Origin: Seison nebaliae
Lineage: Eukaryota
NCBI GenBank assembly: GCA_023231475.1
Contig: JALJEE010002916.1
Coordinates: 1 to 47,695, forward strand
Direction of reading: 5' to 3'
DNA: 47,695 nt
Position numbers and translations under genes: made by a program
In this document: in pieces, positions 14,156-25,341 of the stretch
Layout of the letters: the number at the start of each line of letters is the position of its first letter
Position numbering within the stretch: position 1 is the first letter of the stretch
The notes under the pieces: generated by a model
Seen by the model: only the letters and a program-made list of their open reading frames with translations
Told to the model about the DNA's origin: nothing
Databases searched by the model: none

Positions 14156-14875
14156 ATGCGTATTGATCGGGCGAAGGTTCGGAAAAAATTTATATCTCAT
14201 AAAATTATGAAAATCTTCTTCTTAGACATGTCCGTTATTGTTACGTGTCTTTTGTAACATGAATGAACATAACGATTTATCGGAATATAAAAATGGGAAA
14301 ACGCCATCGAACGGATTAATTATTCATACATGGTTTTATTCCGTTTGTTTCCATCAAATTAAATTTTTTGTAGGAAAGATGCCTCTCTCCAAGAATTCTC
14401 TCAATTGATCAAAGAAGTCAATCCAGAAGCGAGAAAAAAGGGAACACGATTCGAATTCCGAGTTCCATTTTGATCATTTTTTATTCTTTCAAATTTCCTT
14501 CATCAGTTAATTTATCCGACTTCCAGTGCTCAAGAATATCTATCAGAAGATATTGGGAGTATCATATCAGGTAGTACTCTGTCTCGTGGAGGTGGAACGA
14601 CTCTTGAAAATTGCAAATCATTTCGTATCGGAGATTTTCTCGATGTGGCTATTATTCAACCGATAATATCTTCATCGACATCAGCCTCGTCTATGTATCG
14701 ACCGAAAGGACGACAACGTCTCCATTCTCCACCTCGTCGCCACGAAGATTATCATCGATATCATCGAACTGATGAGAAGCCAAGTCGATATGAATCCAAT
14801 CGATCATATCGTTATGAGAGAAGTGGAGGAGGACGACGACGTTCTCGATCACCAATTCGTGATAGATTCAAATAG
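14156..14875 (+). CDS. SAP18: Sin3-associated protein 18 (ASAP/PSAP complex subunit) with an R/S-rich C-terminal tail; exons 14156-14176, 14226-14332, 14374-14461, 14507-14875
   Basis: IDRAKTCPLLLRVF, HTWKDASLQE, IKEVNPEARKKGTRFEF and FRIGDFLDVAI are diagnostic SAP18 motifs; introns of 49, 41 and 45 nt. Confidence 0.93.
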
Positions 14876-15133
14876 AGAAAAATTTCAGATAAAAGAAAAG
14901 AAAATTTTCTTTCTAAAAATAATTCTAAAGGAAAAACATCCAAAGAAAATTTGATTTTTGTTTTTGAAAAAAACTTCCATAAAAGAAATTTGGAATGATT
15001 TAAATTGTTTTTTTTTCTTCTTTTTTTAATCATTAAATATGTTAAATATTTTAAGACACTTTAACTGTTTATAAAATATTTTGTTTTAGAATGTTTTTCG
15101 TTTTCAAATAATTTTTTAGATTTAGTTTAGAGA

Positions 15134-17281
15134 ATGAAGAAGCGAAATCTATTCGCAGTGTCGTCGTTCTATGTAAACGGAATAATTTTCAGTTTTCTTA
15201 ACACTTATGGATTGACATGTCTTCAAGCAATGAGAGAATCAGGAATTAAACATTATCTGATTTTTGGTTTGAAATATTTTTTGTTAAATTTCTTTCTATA
15301 TTTTCTTTTAGTTTCAATTGGATCGATTGTATTGTCCATGACATATCTTTCACATTATAATTCTCTACAATTGACTTATAAATTTGGAGCGAGAGTTTGT
15401 GGCATCGTTGGAAGTAGTATAGCTGCTATCACCATTTATTTATCATCATTTCTCTTCTGTGACAATTATACATTCATTTTCTCCAATAATCTCCAATTGA
15501 ACAATTCGACGTTGAAGAAGAAATCGATAATGGTTGAAAATGAATGTGGAATGATCAGTGATGAATCTGTCAATTTTTTCAATTATCAATTTCGTTTATA
15601 TTCTCTCCTCATCATTTACTCGGTCATTTGTGGAATGTCTTTAGCATTAACTTACACAGCATTTTCATATTCATTCAATATTTATTTTCCACCTCAATTA
15701 AACAAAATAACAAATAAATCGAAGAAAAATGAGAATGGGAAATTAATTCGATCCGTCATGAGTTTAGGCGCTCCCATATTATCACCACCGATAATTTGGC
15801 TCCTTAAATATTGTTTGTACAATTTTGGTGTGAGTGTAACATTAAGATTTTTTGCCGTGCTCATTTCTACGATGTGTCCATTATCAGCATTCTTCCTACC
15901 ATCATATCGTCATGGAAGCAAAAAACGACGACAAGTAATAAAGAATTTAAAACGTTTATATCCATTCGATTATCAAACAAATTATCTGGGTGAAAATACA
16001 CCGTTTGTCATTTGGTGTATTGTCGTTCCATTATCATTATTCGCTTATTTTATTCCATATCTTCATCTTATCATTTATGCGGATTATCAATTTGGTGATA
16101 AAAAAATCGATCCACCAAAACTATTGATTGTTGATCATGGTCATCTATCTTCACTTCCAACTACCACAATTCCACTCGATGATTATTATGAATATGCTAC
16201 AGATGATATAGACACGTTAGAGAAGAATAAAGAACAACAACAACGTGTGTTTTATGGAAAATATTTGTCGTTAATGGACATTTATAAACGGAATCAATTT
16301 AATCCATATTCTGAAATACTTTTGACACTTTTATGTTTCATTTCAGGAATCACTTGTGTTCTCATATCTGTAATGTTTAGTGAATCGAAATTAATTAAAC
16401 GTTTATATCTCCATCAATTTACTTTACTTCTATTTGGTGTTATACTTTGTTTGGTACCGGTAGCTAAAGATTTCTCCGCTCTTGTTATCATTACATTAAT
16501 TATTGGTTGTTCTGAAGGTGCAGCAATTGGAATCTCATCAACCATTCTACCTGATCTCATTCTTCAATATCACGATTATTTTGATCGAAAGAATTTCCAA
16601 GAATCTAATCGAATGTTATTCGAATCAGATGATGTGGCTCGAGCCACATCTATTTTAATGTTTCTTTGTGGAATTACAGTGGCTGTCGGTCCAATATTAT
16701 TCGCTTATATTTTTCATCGTACATCAATCTATTCCTATACATTCTTCTCTAGTGGATGTGTAGTTATTATTGCTGCTCTCTTACTCAATCTTGTCATTTA
16801 TCTTTTAAAGAAAAGAACTCGACATAATCTCCATCGAAGACAAATGTATGATGAAGATATCGATGAAGTTGTTGAATGTCAATCATCATCTCTTATCTCA
16901 CCAACAATAATAACAAATGAACAAGAACGAAATAAAAGTAAATCGATGGAGAAATCATCGTCAATGGCGAATGAAGTTCTAGATCAATTTTTAAATACTT
17001 ATATACAAACCAGATCATTACCACGAAAATTTGAATATGTCGACAAAATTGTCAATCTCAATCAATCATCAACTTTACAACAAACAACAGTAACAATTCC
17101 ACCATCAAACGAAATTAAACGATCGGCAACAATCAACGTCAATCCAAATTTTCAAGAGAATCTCAGTCGACAACGGAAAGAATTATATGAGAAAACTTTC
17201 TTCCGTCTCAGTTTTCAAGAGAATTACGATTCTCATGATTTCCCATTAATCATACGCAGTAGTTCAGAAAGAAAATTGTGA
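15134..17281 (+). CDS. MFS monocarboxylate/aromatic amino acid transporter (SLC16 family); probable in-frame 45-nt intron at 15267-15311
   Basis: Many transmembrane helices; VNGIIFSFLNTYG, KFGARVCGIVGS, FVIWCIVVPLSLFAYFIPYLHL and VGPILFAYIFHRTSIYSYTF resemble SLC16A10/karmoisin-type transporters. Confidence 0.8.
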   Translation: MKKRNLFAVSSFYVNGIIFSFLNTYGLTCLQAMRESGIKHYLIFGLKYFLLNFFLYFLLVSIGSIVLSMTYLSHYNSLQLTYKFGARVCGIVGSSIAAITIYLSSFLFCDNYTFIFSNNLQLNNSTLKKKSIMVENECGMISDESVNFFNYQFRLYSLLIIYSVICGMSLALTYTAFSYSFNIYFPPQLNKITNKSKKNENGKLIRSVMSLGAPILSPPIIWLLKYCLYNFGVSVTLRFFAVLISTMCPLSAFFLPSYRHGSKKRRQVIKNLKRLYPFDYQTNYLGENTPFVIWCIVVPLSLFAYFIPYLHLIIYADYQFGDKKIDPPKLLIVDHGHLSSLPTTTIPLDDYYEYATDDIDTLEKNKEQQQRVFYGKYLSLMDIYKRNQFNPYSEILLTLLCFISGITCVLISVMFSESKLIKRLYLHQFTLLLFGVILCLVPVAKDFSALVIITLIIGCSEGAAIGISSTILPDLILQYHDYFDRKNFQESNRMLFESDDVARATSILMFLCGITVAVGPILFAYIFHRTSIYSYTFFSSGCVVIIAALLLNLVIYLLKKRTRHNLHRRQMYDEDIDEVVECQSSSLISPTIITNEQERNKSKSMEKSSSMANEVLDQFLNTYIQTRSLPRKFEYVDKIVNLNQSSTLQQTTVTIPPSNEIKRSATINVNPNFQENLSRQRKELYEKTFFRLSFQENYDSHDFPLIIRSSSERKL

Positions 17282-17282
17282 A

Positions 17283-18109
17283 TTATATTTTCAATATCTC
17301 ATTAAATTTCCTCTCATAATCCAATTCATTATATTCCTTCGAATTGTCAATCTCAAAATTCCAATTCTGTTTCAAATCCAAATTACATTCTGATTCCGCA
17401 TCATCAATTCCTGTAAAGAAAAAAACAAAATAAAATTGAATCTCGGTTTTTTACTGATCTCATTTATTTTTATTAATTTTCCTCAACACATTTATTTCAT
17501 GATTTCTTCCTCATCTTATTAAAGTTTCCTTTCATTCTATAACATATAAAATTGAACCTTTAGTGAAAATGAATCCTCGTTGAATTCTTGAAATCTCATC
17601 CGCTATTATTCGAATATGAATTATTTCTTGAATATTTTTCGTATCTTTCAACTTTTCTTTACTCATCTCAAAATATTCATAATCGCTCAATCGACGACAA
17701 TCCACAATTACGTAAATATCAACATCTATTTAATTTCAACATCGTCAAAAAAAAACAAAAATTTAATTAGGAACTTTCTTTCATATTATTCTCAATTAAA
17801 CGACAAAAAACATATCGATCTTCTTTCCTCTTATCTTCTCCCCATCTGTCAATTAATTGATACACGAAAAATTGTATAAGAAAATTTCAACTTGATCATA
17901 TCATATCGAAATTGTTCTTTGTATTTGGAATGAGATAATAATTCGTTGAAATCCAAATTATGATCAAGAGCATATTGATATTTGAGAGGAGCAGATAATC
18001 TGAGAATTTGTATTTTTATTCCATGTTCTTCGCAGAAACTGATAAATTTTTCACTCCAGAAATCTTTTCCACTTTTCCTCTTACCTGATAACAATAATAA
18101 TCGAACCAT
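17283..18109 (-). CDS. PMVK: Phosphomevalonate kinase, animal type; exons 18109-17892, 17845-17775, 17725-17558, 17410-17283
   Basis: LLSGKRKSGKDF P-loop, RLSAPLKYQYA, YKEQFRYDMIKWGEDKR, DCRRLSD, RGFIFTKGIDDAESEC. Confidence 0.95.
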
Positions 18110-18221
18110 TCTCTTCTGTTGATTGATGAAAGCTTTCAATTTAGTGAGAACATTCCTTCGATTCTTTTCTCATCGAAAAATTTTTTTTTTTAATTTTATT
18201 TAATAAAAATTTATTTTCAAT

Positions 18222-18851
18222 TTAAGTTTTATAATTTTTATATAATTTGAAATGTTTCAATATGTCCACATAATTCTTTGTCGCCAGATTCATGGTTTCA
18301 GTATACTGATCGATATTAGGATATGGTTTTGTGGATGTATTTTTCGGTGATCCTCTTTTACCATCATAAGTAACGATGGGTATATCGTTTACCCATTTCG
18401 GTATGAATTTTTTTTCTTTCCCAAGAAATATTTCGGCGATCCAGTCGTCGAACCTATCTGAGTCTTCTACAACACTCAATCTAGGGACGGAGATCTCATA
18501 ATTATTCTGTGATTTATTGCTACTAATACTAAAAGTATTATTCGGTTGATCAGGAAATTCTATTGTTGGCGATGGAACGGCACCATCAAAATTCGATAAC
18601 ATGATTGGTGTGAGATCTTCATTGTTCATAATCTCTTCAAAATTTCTTTTGAGTTTATTTGAAACTATTTTTTCTGATTCTCCAACTGCAATTTGAGGTG
18701 TTGCATGATCAGATGATCTATAAACATATCGTCCACTATTAGAAAATAAATCCATTAATGAAAGTAGAATGAGGATAAAAAGAACTTTAATAGATTCCTT
18801 TAATAGTGAAATTAGAATTTTTTTGTTTTTTGAGAAAGTCAGATCTGTCAT
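18222..18851 (-). CDS. Hypothetical protein (~209 aa if the ATG at 18851 is used)
   Basis: Long open frame with protein-like composition between PMVK and TBC1D5; start uncertain; no family recognised. Confidence 0.5.
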   Translation of the reverse strand: MTDLTFSKNKKILISLLKESIKVLFILILLSLMDLFSNSGRYVYRSSDHATPQIAVGESEKIVSNKLKRNFEEIMNNEDLTPIMLSNFDGAVPSPTIEFPDQPNNTFSISSNKSQNNYEISVPRLSVVEDSDRFDDWIAEIFLGKEKKFIPKWVNDIPIVTYDGKRGSPKNTSTKPYPNIDQYTETMNLATKNYVDILKHFKLYKNYKT

Positions 18852-19200
18852 TATATGGAACAGCTTCAAATTTACAGAAAATATATGTATTTGTCTGTTT
18901 TTAAGAGGAATTGGTTGATAAAGTGCAAATGAAAGATGCAGAAAAAGAAATTGAATATAAATTTTATAAATTTTCCCAAATTTTTTATGATTAATATTTT
19001 TAAATGTTCGAAAATGATATATATATATCATTTTTATATAGAGATTTTGTTGATACATTCACCTCCAAACTTTTAGTGTGTAAATAAAAGAGAATAATTA
19101 TTCTCCTTCAAATGGACCATAAGATTCATTAGAATATCTTCTTCATTCAATTATTTGTCGAACACATTTAAACTGGAAACATAATTTGATTCCTCAAATT

Positions 19201-21192
19201 ATGTATTTCACATCCCAATCATCTAAGGACGATAATGAAAATGATAAGATAAAATTGAGTAAAAGAATTAGTGAAGAATGGAAGAAGTTTGTGATGGATG
19301 TCCTACTTCCTGATGCAATTAAGAAACGATCTTCCTCAATTAATAGTCTCTCATATCATTCAATAAAAAGTGATAATCAACAAGATCAACAAAAACAACA
19401 TGTGCATAATCAACATACATATACGAGTTATTTACCTGAAGAATTAGAACGACGTCGATGGATGAAAGATAATTATGGACGACGTTTAGCAACAACTCAG
19501 AATTATGTGGAGTTGCGTCAGATGATTTTATCTCATGAATATATTATGTTCCGTTCATTAAATTGGAGATTAATGTTGAATTTATTACCATCCATAGAAG
19601 TCCCACATTTTGATAATGTGCCTTCAGTATTGATGATGTATCAAGAGGAATGGGAAAAAGAATTTGGAAGACGACGAGAATTACTCGATCCAAACGGTTT
19701 AGGAGAACATTTAGAAAACGATTCACATCCATTAGATAATAATTCACCATTCTGGGCACATTATCATAACAGGAATAAATTAAACGAACAATTATTGAGG
19801 GATTTGAAACGAACATTTCCAGAATATGATTGGTTCCAGCAACCGTCAATTATTGACACTTTACAAAAAATATTAATTCGATATTGTTACAATACATTCT
19901 GTAGGAATTGTGAAGATGATGAGAAAAGTAAAGAAAGAACGGCAGATGATGAACCGATGAATTTATATTTGAATTTTTACCGACAAGGATTCCACGAAAT
20001 TTTATCTTTAATTTATCATGATTTTCATGTGGAATATGAACAAATCAATCGATTATTGCCATTCATTAAGAAAAATTTTTGTATGTCTGATAAAACTGAG
20101 AAAGAAATGTTCAAATTATTCAAATATTGTTATCGTCCTTCATTCCTGACGATTGACGTTTATGATTTTTTCACCGTTCTCGTATCGAAATTATCGATTT
20201 GGTACAATTATTCTATCTCATCAAATAAGAATAATAATAATAATAATCAGAAGAAGAAACAGATGAATGAACATCGTCTTCCAACAACTAAATACCGTTC
20301 TAGTGATACGTCCACTCAACGATTTAACAACATCTTCAAATATATTCTCCAACGACGGAATTTGTGTTCTGCGGAATTGATGACGAAATACGATATCGAT
20401 TTCTCAATTTTCGCTTATCGTTGGTGTCGAATATTATTCATTTATGAATTTAAAAAAATTTCGCATATTTCACTTTTGTGGGATTTGATATTCGCTTACG
20501 ATTCATCGGATGATCTCATATTGACCGATATCGTCATAGTTGCTCTTCTGGAGAAAATAATCAACGACATTCTCCTTCAACATAACTTAGACGATGAAGA
20601 TTATGATTTATATCGTTCTCATATACTTATCGGTTTGTCGAAAACTCCAGCATTTAAATATGAGATCGATGAAGAATTCTTTCTCTTTTTAAGCAATCTC
20701 CTTCTTATTGGTGAACCGGAGAATTTACAATTGATACAACAGATCGAACAAATGAAAAGAAATGTTCAACGCGCATTAGAAGAACATCACACGAAACTGG
20801 ACGAAGAAATGAGATCGGAATATTTAAAGAAGAAGAAACGTCTGAAATTAGAACGGGAAAAATTAAACGAGACAAATTTCGATAATAAACAAATCTGTGA
20901 ACAACCAAAATCGATTGAAATTCCTGATAATTATTGGCTTTACCGTCGATGTGATGAAAAGAAACATGAATATTATCGGAAAGGAGATGAATATTTTAAA
21001 AAGATTTTAATGAAAAAAGATTTAATGATAAATCATCATCCTCATCTAATTGGTGATGATAAAGAATCGTTCGTTAAAGTCTCACCAAATCTTCATGATA
21101 AGAATTGGAATATTCAAAAAGGACTGACATTAAATACTGAAATTGATACTGGAATTCCATCCTCTTTTTTAAATAATTATTTTGAATTTTGA
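19201..21192 (+). CDS. TBC1D5: Rab-GAP TBC domain protein, TBC1D5-like; single coding exon
   Basis: FRSLNWRLML, HPLDNNSPFW, RDLKRTFPE (Arg finger), YRQGFHEIL (Gln finger), RWCRILFIYEF..LWDLIFA; first in-frame ATG at 19201. Confidence 0.8.
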   Translation: MYFTSQSSKDDNENDKIKLSKRISEEWKKFVMDVLLPDAIKKRSSSINSLSYHSIKSDNQQDQQKQHVHNQHTYTSYLPEELERRRWMKDNYGRRLATTQNYVELRQMILSHEYIMFRSLNWRLMLNLLPSIEVPHFDNVPSVLMMYQEEWEKEFGRRRELLDPNGLGEHLENDSHPLDNNSPFWAHYHNRNKLNEQLLRDLKRTFPEYDWFQQPSIIDTLQKILIRYCYNTFCRNCEDDEKSKERTADDEPMNLYLNFYRQGFHEILSLIYHDFHVEYEQINRLLPFIKKNFCMSDKTEKEMFKLFKYCYRPSFLTIDVYDFFTVLVSKLSIWYNYSISSNKNNNNNNQKKKQMNEHRLPTTKYRSSDTSTQRFNNIFKYILQRRNLCSAELMTKYDIDFSIFAYRWCRILFIYEFKKISHISLLWDLIFAYDSSDDLILTDIVIVALLEKIINDILLQHNLDDEDYDLYRSHILIGLSKTPAFKYEIDEEFFLFLSNLLLIGEPENLQLIQQIEQMKRNVQRALEEHHTKLDEEMRSEYLKKKKRLKLEREKLNETNFDNKQICEQPKSIEIPDNYWLYRRCDEKKHEYYRKGDEYFKKILMKKDLMINHHPHLIGDDKESFVKVSPNLHDKNWNIQKGLTLNTEIDTGIPSSFLNNYFEF

Positions 21193-21342
21193 AGGAGAAT
21201 TATTTTCTCAGTAATTAATTCTAATCCATTTCCATTTATTTATTTGAATAATCATAATGTTCATAATTCATAACAATTCGTTAATTAATTTCTTCTTTCT
21301 ATTTATCATCAATATAATTTATTGAAAAAATGTTAAAATTAT

Positions 21343-23203
21343 TTACATCAATTTACTTCCACAATTCTCGTAGTTGCATGATTCGAATGGATACGTGTCA
21401 GGTGTGACCATCAAATGGGTTGACAATATTAGTGATCGATCATGTCCGTTTCGTGTTTTAGTCGGAAAATATAAATCGAAGTAGAGACCTTGATAATAAT
21501 CTGGTGTAGTTTTAATACATTTTCTAAATTTGTTGAATTCCTTAAAATGGAAAAAATTAATTTTTAAAACGAAAATTGGAAATAGTAACTGGATATTCAA
21601 AATCGACTGATTTCCAGAAAATGTTCGATCGAATTGTTCCTGAGTGATCATCATTTGGAATTAAAGCACGGAAATCTCTCCTAAAAACGATTTAAATAAA
21701 TGAAATTAAAAAAAGGAAATTTAACGCTTTATTTGAATGAGAATGTGCAAGAAATGCTTCCACCATTATAGGCGATTCATCATTTGCTATCACTTCTAAA
21801 CATTCCTCTGATCCGTTTCTTTTCATCTCCCAACTAATTGATGGAAGATTTTTCTGAATAATCAAAATACTTTGAGACTTTAATGAATTAAAATTTAAAC
21901 TTGTGAAATTCGTGAAACAAATGCACCGATAACATCCCATAATCTCAATTTATGTCCTTCAATGAAATGATCACAATTTGGAATACGACTGGAAGGAAAG
22001 GTAAATTTCCAAATTACAATTTTGAATAGTAGAACCTCAAGAATTTATTTCCATTAAGATCATTCCAAAAAATCGGTTCGTTATCAGGAAAAAAGAATCG
22101 ATCATTTGATGCGGTGACGAATAAAATGGATTTATCTTTATACTTCTCGTTATAATAGAAAGGATCAATAATCGTTGCTAATTCTTTATCCATAGCATAA
22201 CCGGTAACATTTTCCATTTTATATTCAGCTAAACCGTTCACCACACCTCCAATGGATTTATACATCGTTGTCATTACCTACGAGGAGAAGAAAGAGTTTT
22301 TGTTTTGTTCTATATGAAAAATGAAACGTTTTTCATGTCAATCATATTGTAAACTATTGGAATTATGTGTGTAATTCTTGGATCGACAGCCGCTGCTAAC
22401 ATGGAAGTCCATCCTCTTTTCGATTGACCCGTCGGAATATAATTACAAATATTATATCGGAGATGATCACGTGCAAATTCCTGTAACGCCGTCATTGTAT
22501 TGACGAGAGACTTGACCATTGGTAATCGACCAAGTACATTTGTATCTCTCGTTTCTAAAAATTTCCTCCAACAATAACCTAAAATTTCATCTTCAAATCG
22601 AACTTTTTTTGATGGATCATCTGAATATTATTTTCGATAAAATTCTTTAATAGAACTTGAAAATTATTTAACCTTTAAAAATTACATTTGAAATAGGTAC
22701 ATTTTTTAGATCGACTCCAATCATTCCGTTCATTAATGCGAATTCACTAATCTCCGCAACACCAGCGTCATCAATTGATGGTATTCTTTAAAGGAAATTA
22801 ATTGAATATCAAATCACAATTCCACCAAAAAAGAAAAGAAAACCCTGGCGTTTTAATTCGATGTTCCATATAGATAAGTGCGGTATCCTTCACTTTTATC
22901 TTGTGTGGTACTGCCACATAAGCGTAATGGATCCATAAAGTTGGTGAGATAAAAGAATCTCAAAATAATATAATTATTTTTCCTAATGATTAATAAAATT
23001 TCAGTACCGTTCAACCATTTTTGGGATGTAATGTTGAGAATATAAATATCTCGTCCAGGTAACGTATATTTCCGTTCCAGTGACCAACCGAAATTGGGAT
23101 CTTTTTTCAAAACATAATCCTCTAAAACTTTACTGTGTTCCCCTTGAACCAGACAAGTGTAGAAGGAAACAAGAAGAAAAACAATGTTAATTTTTCGAAT
23201 CAT
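21343..23203 (-). CDS. PqaA (PhoPQ-activated pathogenicity-related) / AprA-like secreted alpha/beta hydrolase, copy 1; 9 exons
   Basis: Signal peptide; LEDYV..DPNFGW, ILNITSQKW, RLPMVKS, TGQSKRGWT (nucleophile elbow), IIDPFYY, SNDRFFFPD, RIPNCDH, RRDFR, VTPDTYPF; eight short introns join the ORF fragments. Confidence 0.85.
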
Positions 23204-23568
23204 GATTTAGAAATTTTGGAGTAATTGAGTGAAATTTGTTTCTCTCGAATTACTTTTATTTATACCTAACAATCGAATCATGAATGTGAGATGATTAATT
23301 GTATAATATGAACATGAGAGGGATAGTATTGACTTAATAAATAAAACAATTTCCATATAAAGAACATTTATGGACATACACTAAAGTAATCGAAAGAATA
23401 ATAAAATTTCAACTTTGTTTCTTTGTCTTTAAGAAATGAAGTTTGCTCCAACAACAAAACACTTCAGATATTTCCCATTCTTATAATTTTTATTATTCTA
23501 AAATTTAATAAATTCGAAATTAGAAAATTGAATTTTTATTTACCGCAAATATAGTCACAAGTAGATGA

Positions 23569-25341
23569 TCATGCGAATGGATACGTGTCAGGTGTGACCA
23601 TCAAATGTGTTGACAATATTAGTGATCGATCATATCCGTTTTGTGTTTTAGTCGGAAAATATAAATCGAAGTAGAGACCTTGATAATAATCTGGTGTAGT
23701 TTTAATACATTTTCTAAATCTGTTGAATTCCTTAAAATGGAAAAAATTCATTTTCAAAACGAAAATTAAAAAATAATAACTGGGTATTGAAAATCAACAG
23801 ATTTCCAGAAAATGTTTCTTCGAATCATTCCTGAATGATGAGATTCGGGAATTACGGCACGGAAATCTCTCCTAATAATGATTCGAATAAATGAAATAAA
23901 AGAAGGGAAATTTAACGATTTATTTGAATGAGAATGTGCAAGAAATGCTTCCACCATTATAGGCGATTCATCATTTGCTATCACTTCTAAACATTCTTCC
24001 GATCCGTTTCTTTTCATCTCCCAACTAATTGATGGAAGATTTTTCTGAATAATGAAAATACTTTGAGAATTTAATGAATTAAAATTTAAACTTGTGAAAT
24101 TCTTGAGACGAATGCACCGATAACATCCCATAATCTCAATTTATGTCCTTTAATGAAATGATCACAATTTGGAATACGACTAAAATTCAACAATGACAAT
24201 CTAAAATAAATTGAAAGTTTAAACCTCAAAAATTTATTTCCATTAAACTCATTCCAAAAAATCGGTTCGTTATCGGGAAGAACATATCGATCACTTGATG
24301 CGGTGATGAATAAAATGGATTTATCTTCATATTTCTCGTTATAATATAAAGGATCAATAATTTTTACAAGATATTTATTCATTGCATAATCTGATCCTTC
24401 GTCTTCGCTTGTTCCTTGAACATTTCCCCCAAGAGCTTTGTGTGTCGAACTACTTATCTTTAATGGAAGATATTTGTCAAATAAGAAGTTCAATTTCCAA
24501 TATCAACTTTCTCCATATCAATTAAATTGTATACAATCGGAATTAGATGGGTTACTCTTGGATCTATGGCGGCTGCTAACAAAGAAGTGTAACCTCTTTT
24601 TGACTGACCAGTTGGAATATAATGATGAATATCATATCGAAGATATAACCGACCAAATTCTTGTAGTGCTGTCATTGTATTGACTACTGATTTTACCATC
24701 GGCAATAAAGGAATGAAGTTAACGTCTTTTGTCTGGAAATATTTCAGCCAACTATACTCCAGAATTTCATCTTCATAACGGATTTTTTTCGTTGGGTCAT
24801 CTAAACGAAACTCAACGAGATAGTTGAAAAATAATTTTCAACCATGAAATTTTACTCCAGGAATTGGAACGTTTTTTAAATCGACGGCAATCATGCCATT
24901 TATTAGGGCGAATTCACTAATTTCAGCTACACCAAAATCATCAATTGATGGTAAACTAAAATCCTGTTTCAAATTCAAATAAATTCAGAAAAATCAACTC
25001 TGCACTCCGAATTCGTGGTTCCATATAAATGAGAACGGTGTGTTTAATTTCAATATTATGAGGTACCGCCACATAAGCATAATGTTGCCATAAAGCCGGT
25101 GTTATTAAAGATTCTTTTGAAAATTTTATTTTAATTTAAAAATCAAATTTAGCGAACCGTTCAACCATTTCTGAGATGTAATATTCAGGATATATATATC
25201 CCGTCCCGGTAATGTGTATTTTCTTTCCATTGACCATTGGAAATTTAGATCTTTTTTAAAAACGTAATTTTCCAATACTTTATCTTGTCTTCCCTCCACC
25301 ATCATGATGATAAATTGAACAACAAAAAAAACAAATTTCAT
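23569..25341 (-). CDS. PqaA / AprA-like secreted alpha/beta hydrolase, copy 2 (tandem paralog); 9 exons
   Basis: Same motifs and intron positions as copy 1 (TGQSKRGYT, SSDRYVLPD, RIPNCDH); ends YPFA-TGA. Confidence 0.83.

Noticed and set aside
21343..25341. PqaA-like genes as bacterial contamination or pseudogene fragments
   Set aside because: The fragmented ORFs join cleanly through eight short host-type introns per copy
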